64,000 bases of DNA from Candidatus Curtissbacteria bacterium RIFCSPLOWO2_12_FULL_41_16 (GTDB taxonomy: Bacteria > Patescibacteriota > Microgenomatia > Curtissbacterales > GWA2-41-24): the NCBI GenBank assembly GCA_001776545.1, contig MFBZ01000029.1, positions 11,988 to 75,987 of the forward strand. The letters run 5' to 3'. This document shows, piece after piece, positions 9,315-18,320 of the stretch (positions are counted from its first letter, which is position 1; the number at the start of each line of letters is the position of its first letter). The position numbers were made by a program, and so were the translations under genes. A model generated the notes under the pieces. That model was not told the origin of the DNA. It was given only the letters and a program-made list of their open reading frames with translations, and searched no databases.

Positions 9315-11375
9315 ATGGACGCAGATACGCCGATTTCCCAACTTCCCGGCATTGGCAAATATTATTTTTACAAACTCAAAGGACTGGAAATAAAAACCGT
9401 TGAGGATCTTATCTACCACCTCCCGTTCCGCTACGACGACTTCGCAAAAATCGAAAAGATCCAGAGTGTCACTCCCGGCCAGAAACTTTCTATCGTGGGC
9501 ATCGTCTGGCAAATCACAAATATCAGAGCAAGATCCGGAAAATTTATCACCCGTGCAACGGTAGCAGATGAGTCTGGCACAATCGAAGTTATCTGGTTTA
9601 ACCAGCCATTTTTAACCAAAAATATCAAAGCCGGTATGCAAATTTCCTTGGCGGGCAAGGCTGACTTACAAGGATCACGAGTTATTCTTGTTTCTCCAAC
9701 ATACGAAATATTAAGACGACGGCTTGGCACCCCCGGGGGGGAAAGCAATATACACCCCGGGGGGGCCTTAGTCCATACAGCCCGTCTAGTCCCTGTTTAT
9801 CCGGAAACCGAAGGCATTACTTCCAGATGGTTAAGAGCCAAAATCGCTTCAGTCTTGCCGGAATATCTCCGGTCCCAAAAGGATTTTATCCCATATGAAA
9901 TTCTCGAAAAACAAAAATTTATCAAACTTGATAAAGCTCTCCATGACATTCATTTTCCTAATAATTTTGACGAGGTGGAGAAAGCTACCAAAAGGCTTTC
10001 ATTCGATGAGCTTTTTTTAATCCAATTAACTACCATCTTAAGAAAACAAGACTGGCAAAAGAAAAGAAAGGCACCGGCAATGAAACTCGATAAAGAAAAA
10101 ATCTCGCAGTTTGTTGAAAGTCTACCCTTCAAGCTAACGGCTGCCCAAAAAAAGGCAGCTCGCCAGATTCTTTTTGATCTAAAAAAAACAACTCCCCAAA
10201 ACCGTCTCCTGGAAGGAGATGTCGGTTCAGGCAAAACCGTAGTTGCGGCAATCGCCGCCTATGTTGCTTATTTAAATGGCTTTGACACTCTACTTGCTGC
10301 TCCCACCGAAATTCTTGCCTTTCAGCACCACCAGACACTTACAGAGATTTTATCATCCTGGGCTGTTAAAATTGGAATTTGGACCGGCAGTAAAAAAAGC
10401 GCAGGCAATATCACTTGCGGTACTCATGCCCTTCTTTCAACTTTTAAGCAACAAAGACCGATCGGCTTGGTTATTGTTGACGAACAGCACCGCTTCGGAG
10501 TAGCACAACGGGCCAAACTCTTTTTAAGACACAACTTGAGGCTCACTCCGCATTTACTAACAATGACCGCGACCCCCATACCCAGAACTCTAGCTTTAAC
10601 CTTGTATGGAGATCTCGATCTTTCGATTCTTGACGAAATGCCTCAAGGTCGCCAAAAAATTGCCACTTTTGTAGTTCCTAATCTCAAAAGGAACAACGCT
10701 TATAAATTCATCGAAAAGCAAGTTTTTGAAGGCCGCCAAGCATTTATCATTACTCCATTTATCGAACCCTCAGAAACTATGATTACAGTTAAAGCGGCAA
10801 AAGTTGAATTCGGCAAACTTAAAGACAAATTTTCTAAAAATATCAGCCTCGGCCTTCTTCACGGCAGGCTCAAGTCAAAAGAAAAAGAGGAGATAATCAG
10901 TAAGTTTAGAAAAAACAAGATCCACATATTGGTAACAACTCCGGTTGTCGAAGTTGGCATCGACATTCCGAATGCTACGGTGATGATGATCGAATCAGCA
11001 GAACGCTTCGGGCTTGCCCAACTCCACCAACTTCGCGGTAGAGTTGGCAGAGGAAAACACAAGTCATACTGCCTTCTTTTCACCGATTCAAGGTCTCCTG
11101 GCTCATATAAGCGCCTCAAAAGTATGGAAAAAATTTACGTTGGCGCGGAACTAGCCGAAATAGATCTAAAGATGCGCGGCCCAGGCGAAATCTTTGGCCT
11201 CAAACAATCGGGTTTTATCAACCTTAAGATAGCCAATCTTTCGGATCATCAAATGATAGCCAGGGCTCAAGAAGAAGCCAAAAGAATCATCGAAATCGAC
11301 CCAATTCTTAAATCATTCCCGATATTAAAACAAAAAATCTCCAAACTTTCCTCCGCCTTCGCCCAACCGAATTAG
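9315..11375 (+). CDS. recG: ATP-dependent DNA helicase RecG
   Basis: GDVGSGKT, DEQHRFGV, MTATPIPRTL, QLHQLRGRVGRG; in-frame palindrome insert at 9726-9767. Confidence 0.97.
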   Translation: MDADTPISQLPGIGKYYFYKLKGLEIKTVEDLIYHLPFRYDDFAKIEKIQSVTPGQKLSIVGIVWQITNIRARSGKFITRATVADESGTIEVIWFNQPFLTKNIKAGMQISLAGKADLQGSRVILVSPTYEILRRRLGTPGGESNIHPGGALVHTARLVPVYPETEGITSRWLRAKIASVLPEYLRSQKDFIPYEILEKQKFIKLDKALHDIHFPNNFDEVEKATKRLSFDELFLIQLTTILRKQDWQKKRKAPAMKLDKEKISQFVESLPFKLTAAQKKAARQILFDLKKTTPQNRLLEGDVGSGKTVVAAIAAYVAYLNGFDTLLAAPTEILAFQHHQTLTEILSSWAVKIGIWTGSKKSAGNITCGTHALLSTFKQQRPIGLVIVDEQHRFGVAQRAKLFLRHNLRLTPHLLTMTATPIPRTLALTLYGDLDLSILDEMPQGRQKIATFVVPNLKRNNAYKFIEKQVFEGRQAFIITPFIEPSETMITVKAAKVEFGKLKDKFSKNISLGLLHGRLKSKEKEEIISKFRKNKIHILVTTPVVEVGIDIPNATVMMIESAERFGLAQLHQLRGRVGRGKHKSYCLLFTDSRSPGSYKRLKSMEKIYVGAELAEIDLKMRGPGEIFGLKQSGFINLKIANLSDHQMIARAQEEAKRIIEIDPILKSFPILKQKISKLSSAFAQPN

Positions 11376-11380
11376 TCGGG

Positions 11381-11409
11381 TTGACGATTAAAAACGATGG
11401 TTATATAAT
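11381..11409 (+). promoter_or_regulatory. sigma70 promoter of the rpmF operon
   Basis: TTGACG-17-TATAAT. Confidence 0.8.
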
Positions 11410-11424
11410 CGCAAGAACGTACCA

Positions 11425-11495
11425 GGACAAGGAATCGAACCAGCCTCGGTCAGGTATCCTATCTAACCGAGCCCGGCTGTTTTGGCTCCTTGGCC
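11425..11495 (+). other. long unbranched RNA hairpin in the 5' leader of the rpmF-nusB-acp-rnc operon
   Basis: Pairings CAAGGA/TCCTTG, CAGCC/GGCTG, TCGGT/ACCGA, AGGTA/TATCT. Confidence 0.6.
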
Positions 11496-11567
11496 CACAA
11501 TTAGTTCATAGTTCACAGTTTATGGTTTCTAGTTTATACTAGAACTTAAGAACCTGATTTCTTTCAG

Positions 11568-11756
11568 ATGACACCGCTTCCTAAGAAAAAACATGCCAAA
11601 AAAAGAACCCGTACCCGAAAAGCGGCTATTTCTTTGCGTCTGCCACAATTGATAACCTGCCCACGATGCCAGAACCTAAGATTCCCGCATCGAGCCTGTA
11701 CTAATTGTGGATTTTATAAAAATTCAGGTGTCACAAGTCAAAGATCAGGAAACTGA
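11568..11756 (+). CDS. rpmF: 50S ribosomal protein L32 (zinc-ribbon type)
   Basis: PLPKKKHAKKRTRTRKA...CPRC...PHRACTNCGFY. Confidence 0.95.
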   Translation: MTPLPKKKHAKKRTRTRKAAISLRLPQLITCPRCQNLRFPHRACTNCGFYKNSGVTSQRSGN

Positions 11757-11758
11757 CT

Positions 11759-12166
11759 ATGAAAAAGAGAAGTGATCCAAGGCATAAGATGCGCATTCTT
11801 ACTTTCAAAACCCTATTTGAGCTGAATTTTAGACCAAACGCTAAGCTTCCCGAAAGTTCCATGTCTGCCCAGGTAATTTCCAAAAAAAAAGAAATTGACG
11901 GACTTATTATTAAAAACGCCAAGAGTTGGCCGATTGATCAAATCAATCCGGTTGACCTTAGCACTTTAAGGCTAGCTATCTGGGAACTTTTATTTAAAGA
12001 AAAAAAGGAACCATACAAAGTAATCATCGACGAAGCCGTCGAAATTGCCAAAGAATATGGTACAGAAACCTCAGGCAGCTTTGTCAATGGCGTTTTGGGA
12101 TCAATAATAAAGTCAAGAGTCAAAGCCAGGAGTCATAATTACCTGGCTTTACACTTTTCACTTTGA
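11759..12166 (+). CDS. nusB: transcription antitermination factor NusB
   Basis: WPIDQINPVDLSTLRLAIWEL...VIIDEAVEIAKEYG...FVNGVL. Confidence 0.95.
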   Translation: MKKRSDPRHKMRILTFKTLFELNFRPNAKLPESSMSAQVISKKKEIDGLIIKNAKSWPIDQINPVDLSTLRLAIWELLFKEKKEPYKVIIDEAVEIAKEYGTETSGSFVNGVLGSIIKSRVKARSHNYLALHFSL

Positions 12167-12297
12167 CCCTTCGATTTACTCAGGGTCATCCCTTCGGGTC
12201 TGAGCTCCTCGAGTTACTCGAATCTGAGTGACGATCTCGGAATCGAAGATCTGAGCCTCGGAGTCGAAGACCTCAGGGTTGAAGACCTTGGCGAAGG
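12166..12297 (+). repeat. nested CTGAG/CGAAG palindromic element (family B, expanded copy)
   Basis: 12166-12205 matches the reverse complement of 18271-18310 at 38/40; carries 66 extra nt relative to that copy. Confidence 0.85.
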
Positions 12298-12319
12298 ATT
12301 GACCTTGACTATCAATTTT

Positions 12320-12565
12320 ATGACAGACTTTTTAGAAGACATCAAAGAACTTATTGTCAAACAATTTGCTATTCCCGCCCAGAATATAGACGAGGACTCA
12401 CATCTGGAGAAAGACCTTGGCATCGCAGACCTTGAGATGGAAGATTTCATCACAACAATTGAGAATAAATATGAAATTAAAATCCCCCAAGACAAAATCC
12501 CCCCATTTAAAAAAGTTTCGGATATAGTTTCATTCCTTTACGAAAATGTCGACATCTCAAGCTGA
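12320..12565 (+). CDS. acyl carrier protein-like protein lacking the phosphopantetheine serine
   Basis: Acidic ACP pattern (DLG.....E...IE..Y.I.IP) upstream of rnc; LGIADLE where LGADSLD is expected. Confidence 0.75.
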   Translation: MTDFLEDIKELIVKQFAIPAQNIDEDSHLEKDLGIADLEMEDFITTIENKYEIKIPQDKIPPFKKVSDIVSFLYENVDISS

Positions 12566-13280
12566 TATCACCAATATTCAAGAACTCATAAATTTAAATT
12601 TCAGAAACGAAAAACTCTTAAAAAATGCCTTTATCCACCGATCTTATTTAAATGAGCATAAGGAGTTTAAAGGCGCCAGCAATGAACGTCTCGAATTTTT
12701 GGGAGATGCTGTTCTTTCGCTTGCCGTTTCCAAGTTCCTCTATGAAAAGTTCCAAAAAAGTCCGGAGGGTCAACTGACTCAACAAAGAAGCGCCCTGGTC
12801 AGAACCGAGACTTTGGCTAAAGTGGCCCGCACGCTCTCTCTGGGCAAATATTTATACCTTTCCAGGGGCGAGGAAGAATCTGGAGGCAGAAATAACCGCT
12901 CAATTCTGGCAAACACTTTTGAAGCGTTAGTCGGTGCAATTTATCTGGATCTTGGATTTGACCAAGCTCAAAATTTTCTAGAGCAGACAATTTTAAAAAA
13001 ATGGAGAATTTTGGCAAAAACCGCAGTTGTTGACAACAAATCAAAACTTCAGGAAATAGTTCAGCGAAAATATCACGAGTCTCCAACTTATAAACTAATT
13101 AAAAGTTGGGGTCCCGATCATGCCCGGCAATTTCAAGTAGGCGTCCTTCTGGAAAATTCTCTCCTGGGACTGGGAGAGGGACCAAATAAGCAAATAGCGG
13201 CTCAGAATGCTGCCAGAAACGCCATCGCCAAAATAAAAACTACTGATAGGCTTGAACTTCCTACTCAAAGTCTGAGATAA
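12546..13280 (+). CDS. rnc: ribonuclease III
   Basis: NERLEFLGDAVL, ANTFEALVGAIYLD, dsRBD. Confidence 0.97.
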   Translation: MSTSQADITNIQELINLNFRNEKLLKNAFIHRSYLNEHKEFKGASNERLEFLGDAVLSLAVSKFLYEKFQKSPEGQLTQQRSALVRTETLAKVARTLSLGKYLYLSRGEEESGGRNNRSILANTFEALVGAIYLDLGFDQAQNFLEQTILKKWRILAKTAVVDNKSKLQEIVQRKYHESPTYKLIKSWGPDHARQFQVGVLLENSLLGLGEGPNKQIAAQNAARNAIAKIKTTDRLELPTQSLR

Positions 13281-13317
13281 TTGCCAAAGTGAAATTTGAA
13301 ATTTAAAATTGAAGGAA

Positions 13318-13575
13318 ATGTCAGTCAAAATTAGACTTAGCAAAACCGGCAAGAAACACCAAATCTCTTTCCGCATCGCGGCCTTCGACACCAAAAGGAA
13401 AAGAGACGGCAAATTTTTGGAAATTTTAGGATATTATTATCCACATGGAAAAACACCGCTGCTAAAAATAAGTCAAGAACGATTTAATTTCTGGCTTTCA
13501 CACGGTGCCAAACCAACTGAGGCAGTAACCAAGCTTTTAAATCAGACGCAAAACGACAAACGACTAAAGCAATAA
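13318..13575 (+). CDS. rpsP: 30S ribosomal protein S16
   Basis: MSVKIRL...FRI...RDGKFLEILGYY...WLSHGAKPTEAV. Confidence 0.96.
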   Translation: MSVKIRLSKTGKKHQISFRIAAFDTKRKRDGKFLEILGYYYPHGKTPLLKISQERFNFWLSHGAKPTEAVTKLLNQTQNDKRLKQ

Positions 13576-13597
13576 ATTAATCTTTAGACAAATTACC

Positions 13598-13831
13598 ATG
13601 GAAGATCTCATAAAAACCCTCATCGAACCGTTGGTCACCGACATTAAGAAAGTCAAGATCGAAAAAGCCCAAGAAGCTGAAAGCATCAGGTTCACCGTCT
13701 TTATCCCTAAAGAGGATATCGCCAAGGTTATCGGCAAAGAAGGCAAAATGATCAAATCTATAAAAAATCTCCTCAAAATTCGGGCCATCAAAGAAAACAT
13801 TTTTGCTACCTTAGAGGTACAGGAAATCTAA
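13598..13831 (+). CDS. khpA: KH-domain RNA-binding protein (KhpA/YlqC family)
   Basis: DIAKVIGKEGKMIKSI GxxG loop; rpsP-khpA synteny. Confidence 0.85.
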   Translation: MEDLIKTLIEPLVTDIKKVKIEKAQEAESIRFTVFIPKEDIAKVIGKEGKMIKSIKNLLKIRAIKENIFATLEVQEI

Positions 13832-13853
13832 TTCGGGTGGTACTTTCGATAAT

Positions 13854-14525
13854 ATGATCTTCCATGTCCTCACTTTATTCCCCGAAATTTTTGAGGGAGT
13901 TTTTAGCTCAAGCATCCTCAAAAGAGCAATCCAGAAAAACCTTCTTAAAATTAACATTATTAATATCCGTGATTTCGCCCAAAATTCCCATAAAACAGTT
14001 GACGATAAGCCGTATGGAGGGGGCAGGGGAATGATTTTAAAAGTTGATGTAGTAGAAAGGGCCCTCGAGTCAATATCTGCCAGCGCCGAGCACACCATTC
14101 TTCTTGCTCCGTCCGGTAAAAAATATGACCAGAAAAAGGCCTCCGAGCTCTCCGCAAAAAACTCAGTAGCACTGACTTGCGGCCACTATGAAGGCGTAGA
14201 CGCCCGTGTAGAACATTTTGTAGATGAAGTGATCTCGCTCGGCGACTTTGTTTTAACTGGAGGAGAAATTGCTGCCATGGCCATTATTGACTCAGTCGCT
14301 CGCCTCGTCCACGGAGTAATTAAAAAGGAGTCATTACTTTCCGAATCTTTCTCACCAGCTACCAGTTTATTAGAATATCCTCACTTCACACGCCCCGAAG
14401 AATTTAGAGGCCTAAAAGTGCCTAAAGTTCTTTTATCTGGTAATCATGCCAAAATCGCCAAATGGCGCCAAGAACAAGCCATCAAAAGAACCCAAAAATT
14501 AAGACCGGACCTCATATTGAAATAG
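13854..14525 (+). CDS. trmD: tRNA (guanine37-N1)-methyltransferase
   Basis: VDDKPYGGG, CGHYEGVDARV, SLGDFVLTGGE, VPKVLLSGNH. Confidence 0.97.
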   Translation: MIFHVLTLFPEIFEGVFSSSILKRAIQKNLLKINIINIRDFAQNSHKTVDDKPYGGGRGMILKVDVVERALESISASAEHTILLAPSGKKYDQKKASELSAKNSVALTCGHYEGVDARVEHFVDEVISLGDFVLTGGEIAAMAIIDSVARLVHGVIKKESLLSESFSPATSLLEYPHFTRPEEFRGLKVPKVLLSGNHAKIAKWRQEQAIKRTQKLRPDLILK

Positions 14526-14558
14526 GAAATAGAACTAAGGTAGCGTTTCTCGACCTTT

Positions 14559-15371
14559 TTAGAATGGAGCAAAAAGGTCTAACCTGCCAAGCGGTACCAC
14601 CGGAACTGCAGCTGAAGGAACACCGACACTTTCTTCCGTAGTTTTAATCTGCCTTAAAGTCTCTGTTTCCTGGGGAGTCAACTCGCTAATTGGCGACTCG
14701 ATTGAAGCAAGCTCTTTGGGCAAAGGTTGCCAGTAAGCATCGATCGTCAGTGAAATCCTCAGTTGTGATGACTGTCCGCTGGAACTGGAGGAAGAAACTG
14801 CCAAATCTCGAATAGCCACAACGCGGGGGAGTGAAAGAAGAAGATTTATAAATTGCAAATAAGATTTATAATCACCCGCCAGAGAAATCTTAATCTGAAT
14901 CTTAGGAATCCCAGCATCAAAAGAAGAGCCTCCGCCCGGCTGTTGGCTGACGGGCGCACTCGTCCCTTTCGTAGCAATGTTTGCCTGACCTTCACCTATT
15001 GTCCCGGGAGCCGTCTCTAGTCTTGAAAGCAGCACTCCGGACGAACGGGCGGCATTTTCAACTTGGGTCACTAAAGAAAAAACCTCTTTGTCGCTAGGCA
15101 AAAGACTCTCGGCACCCGATAGTTTCATTTCAAGATCCTCTTTATTCAAATTAGCCAAATCCTGCGCCTTTTGATTAAGGCTTGCGGCACGAGTCGCCAA
15201 TTCACGGTTTACTTCCCGCAGATTCAATACCTGGGTAAATTTAGGCCAGGCTATGAGAAAAAAGATAACCAGAGAAATACCGATTGCCCCGGCCGGTGCG
15301 ACAAAATTCGCCATTCGCAAAAAACCCCCGCCGATTCCGATCTTAGGTATGGACAAAGTAGGCAAATTCAT
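14559..15371 (-). CDS. pilO: type IV pilus assembly protein PilO-like
   Basis: TM + coiled coil + LP.DKEV..L, G.Y....FI..L..LPRVV pattern; follows pilN. Confidence 0.8.
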   Translation of the reverse strand: MNLPTLSIPKIGIGGGFLRMANFVAPAGAIGISLVIFFLIAWPKFTQVLNLREVNRELATRAASLNQKAQDLANLNKEDLEMKLSGAESLLPSDKEVFSLVTQVENAARSSGVLLSRLETAPGTIGEGQANIATKGTSAPVSQQPGGGSSFDAGIPKIQIKISLAGDYKSYLQFINLLLSLPRVVAIRDLAVSSSSSSGQSSQLRISLTIDAYWQPLPKELASIESPISELTPQETETLRQIKTTEESVGVPSAAVPVVPLGRLDLFAPF

Positions 15372-15910
15372 TTTGTGACTGCCAGTTGACCTGAGATAGC
15401 AAAAGAAAAAACTCCGTTTTCATCAGAATTTAGAGAATCAATATTAACACTAGAAATAATCTGGGACCCGGAAGCCGAAGTCAGTGAAGAAACCAAACCT
15501 GCCATTTCCGCGGAAGTTTTTGCCTTACCGGAAATTATCACTTTATCCGAAGTAAATCTCATGTCTGTAAAATATACCCCTGCCGGAACAAGACCGGACA
15601 ACTGTCCAAAAATGTTTGCGAAATTAACCCTGGCTGTTAAAATCTTGTATCCTGCGGAAACTTTCCCCTTGATAACAACAATTAACTCCTCTGTTGCTTT
15701 CAATGAATTTATCTCATTGGAAGACGCCTCTATTTTAGTAATCAGATTCGACCTTTGAGAAGCGAACGAAGTAAAAAGGCCTAAAGTTATCAAAGTAAAA
15801 ACGGCTGTGAAAACCAAGAGAACTATAGAAACTATAGTCAGTCGTTTGCGCAAGACTTCCAGATTCTCCGCTTCCTTTTCCGCGACTGGTAATAAATTTA
15901 TGTCAGCCAT
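15368..15910 (-). CDS. pilN: type IV pilus assembly protein PilN-like
   Basis: N-terminal INLLP motif, TM, coiled coil. Confidence 0.85.
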   Translation of the reverse strand: MADINLLPVAEKEAENLEVLRKRLTIVSIVLLVFTAVFTLITLGLFTSFASQRSNLITKIEASSNEINSLKATEELIVVIKGKVSAGYKILTARVNFANIFGQLSGLVPAGVYFTDMRFTSDKVIISGKAKTSAEMAGLVSSLTSASGSQIISSVNIDSLNSDENGVFSFAISGQLAVTK

Positions 15911-15978
15911 ATGAATATAAGGTCAAACTTCACACTTTTCACTTTGAGTTTGACTATCTAAACTCAGCGTATCAGACT

Positions 15979-16998
15979 TTACGACCTGAGAGCAAGGCCG
16001 GTTGCCACGGCATAGACGCTACCTTGCCCGGGAACTTTTAAAATTAAACCTTCTTTTGAAAAATCAGCCCAAGGATCACCCATGTTAACTTCAATGCTGG
16101 TTCGCTCTGCCAGAAATTCTGAGAACCCGGGCAAATATGCACCGCCGCCGCAAACAACAATGCGTGCAACTTGCGATTTTTGAAAGTAAGTATGAGTAAA
16201 TTCAATAGCTTTCAAAATCTCAGAAATTAAAATATCCATAATTGGTTTAAGTACCGCGGCCACTTTACCGGAAAGCTTGTCCTCCAAAATCCCGTAAGTT
16301 TGCTTATATTCCTCTGCCTGTTTTACCGGCAAGTTAAACTCAGCCATTATTGACTTCGTTAAGCTTAATCCGCCTGTAGCTATCGATCTTGTAAAAAGAA
16401 CGTTGCCGTCGCTGGCGACCACAAGCTCAGTCGAAACCGCCCCCATCGAAACAATGATGGTTGCCGGATCGCCGGGCCGGGTTAAGGCTCGGGTCAAAGC
16501 AGCTGATTCTGTTTCTAAGGCTTGTGGCCTAAGTTTTGCATTCCTCACAACATTTAAATATTTCTCTATAACTCTTTTGGGGACTGCTACCAAAAGGACA
16601 TTCAATTTACCTCCGGCAGACCCCTCCGGCCGTGAAACTATTTTGTATTGCAAATTCACATCGGTTATCGGCAGCGGAATATACTGCTCAGCTTCCCAGT
16701 GGATGGCGGCAAATAGCTCTTTATCTGTCAAATTAGGCAGCTCAATCAGTCTGGAAACTACTTGCGACTCAATTAAAGAAACTGCGCATTTATCAAGATT
16801 TATTTTTGCACGATCTAAACAATCAATAATCGCATCGGAAATCTTTGCCAAATCAACGGGGGACTCCGATTGAATCCCCCCTATGGGTGTCGGGACGGCC
16901 GCACAATTAGTCAGTATCTTTTTGCCGCGAGAAACATCTGTCTGGACGACTTTAATAAAAGATCTTCCAATATCAAGACCAAACAAATTAGAAGCCAT
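15979..16998 (-). CDS. pilM: type IV pilus assembly protein PilM
   Basis: GLDIGRSFIKVV, WEAEQYIPLP, CGGGA, VATGLALR. Confidence 0.95.
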   Translation of the reverse strand: MASNLFGLDIGRSFIKVVQTDVSRGKKILTNCAAVPTPIGGIQSESPVDLAKISDAIIDCLDRAKINLDKCAVSLIESQVVSRLIELPNLTDKELFAAIHWEAEQYIPLPITDVNLQYKIVSRPEGSAGGKLNVLLVAVPKRVIEKYLNVVRNAKLRPQALETESAALTRALTRPGDPATIIVSMGAVSTELVVASDGNVLFTRSIATGGLSLTKSIMAEFNLPVKQAEEYKQTYGILEDKLSGKVAAVLKPIMDILISEILKAIEFTHTYFQKSQVARIVVCGGGAYLPGFSEFLAERTSIEVNMGDPWADFSKEGLILKVPGQGSVYAVATGLALRS

Positions 16999-17137
16999 AA
17001 ATCCTTTTAAAACAATCTAAAAATTTATGCCTGGAATTTACATCAGAGGAGCGCCATTGGCATGAACGAAGTATGCCAAGGCGACCTGCTGATATAAAAG
17101 ATCTTCCAATATCAAGACCAAAAATTTGGGCAGCCAT
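16988..17137 (-). pseudogene. duplicated pilM 5' fragment interrupted by a palindromic element (49-codon ORF)
   Basis: MAAQIFGLDIGRSFI then diverges; 29 bp identical between 17094-17122 and 16955-16983. Confidence 0.7.
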
Positions 17138-17145
17138 AATTAAAT

Positions 17146-17394
17146 TTATTGTGGTGTAGCCGAAGGACTCGCTTGGAAAGCGGAACCACTCGCTTGATTC
17201 ACATTCGGAGAAATGCTGGCAACTGGTTTCTTTTTAACTGCTTCCTGGACTGCTTTAGTATCAAGTGATCTGGAATTTTGCGAAGCCCCTGATGGTTCTT
17301 TTGTACTGACAGTTAAAACTTTAAGCAAGATAGCCGGGATAATAATTGCCGAAAGTCCTATTATCGAAAGAATTAACTTTGTACGTTTACTCAT
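17146..17394 (-). CDS. small single-TM protein in the pilus cluster
   Basis: N-terminal TM, Ser/Pro/Ala-rich tail, co-oriented with the cluster. Confidence 0.7.
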   Translation of the reverse strand: MSKRTKLILSIIGLSAIIIPAILLKVLTVSTKEPSGASQNSRSLDTKAVQEAVKKKPVASISPNVNQASGSAFQASPSATPQ

Positions 17395-17414
17395 AATTTA
17401 CTTTACACTTTGAC

Positions 17415-18191
17415 TTACTTTTCGATTCCCTGCTCGGAAAACAAAACATAGTCAAAAACGGCGGGCAAAGCAGGCAGTGCGGTCCGTGTTATTTGAACCT
17501 TTCTGGTTACCCCAAGCGGCGTTGTCGCTGTCGATGTCACGTCATAAGTCTGCACAGGCAAGGTACCGTCCACGCTGGTCACCTGAACTGTCGCTTTCGT
17601 CCAAAACGGCCTGATTCTTAAAAACAATGCACCTGCCTGTCTTGTAATAGTAGCTTGACATAAAAAGGCTCCCGATCCGGTACAACTTCCGGCTGTGAAA
17701 CCGGTTTCATCTCTGCCGGAAACTCCCGCGGAAAAGGCAGATCTTACCTGATTGTAATTAGGGGAAGTTCCATAAACTTGGGTTACCTCAATTGAGGCCG
17801 GGTTGGGATCCTCAAGAACATCACCTTTCTTCCCCCATTCTATTCTAATCTGGGTTCCGGGAGTACATGGTGAAACACAGGTAAGATCGACTTGGCCGAC
17901 GGTTCCTTCTTCAATTGTCGCCTTATATGTATTATTTGCGGCTACATTAACAGTAGCAGTAATATCACCGACTGGAACTGAAATATTTGTACCTACAGGA
18001 ACAGTCGAAAGTCGTGACAAGACATTCTCAATACCGCCTTCCGCAGCCGAAAATGCCCTTTGAGATTGTTCTGTCTGGACGGAAGTCCTCAAATTCGTAA
18101 TATTCCTGGAGGCAACAGAAAGCCCCACCGCCAAAGCAACCACAACAACCAGAAGAACCAGCACTAAAATCTGTCCACGTTTCCTTTTCAT
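17415..18191 (-). CDS. PilX/PilK-like minor pilin
   Basis: RG|QILVLVLL...SQRAFSAAEGGIE; no Glu5, as expected for PilX. Confidence 0.85.
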   Translation of the reverse strand: MKRKRGQILVLVLLVVVVALAVGLSVASRNITNLRTSVQTEQSQRAFSAAEGGIENVLSRLSTVPVGTNISVPVGDITATVNVAANNTYKATIEEGTVGQVDLTCVSPCTPGTQIRIEWGKKGDVLEDPNPASIEVTQVYGTSPNYNQVRSAFSAGVSGRDETGFTAGSCTGSGAFLCQATITRQAGALFLRIRPFWTKATVQVTSVDGTLPVQTYDVTSTATTPLGVTRKVQITRTALPALPAVFDYVLFSEQGIEK

Positions 18192-18238
18192 TCCTAACTC
18201 CAGTTTAGGTTTGTCAATTGTCAGATGTCAAATGTCAT

Positions 18239-18310
18239 CCCTCGACTTCGCTCAGGTCTTCGACCCTGAGGCTCAGACCCGAAGGGATGACCCTGAGTTT
18301 ATCGAAGGGT
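18239..18310 (-). repeat. family B palindromic element (short copy) inside a TGTCA heptamer array
   Basis: Matches 12166-12205 and 12272-12288. Confidence 0.85.
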
Positions 18311-18320
18311 CAATTGTCAA

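Noticed and set aside
11425-11495. SRP (4.5S) RNA or tRNA
   Set aside because: GGTCAGGT resembles SRP helix 8, but the GNRA loop and AGCAG partner are absent; there is no cloverleaf.
12166-12297. CRISPR array
   Set aside because: Units are short, nested and degenerate with no unique spacers; no cas genes in the window.
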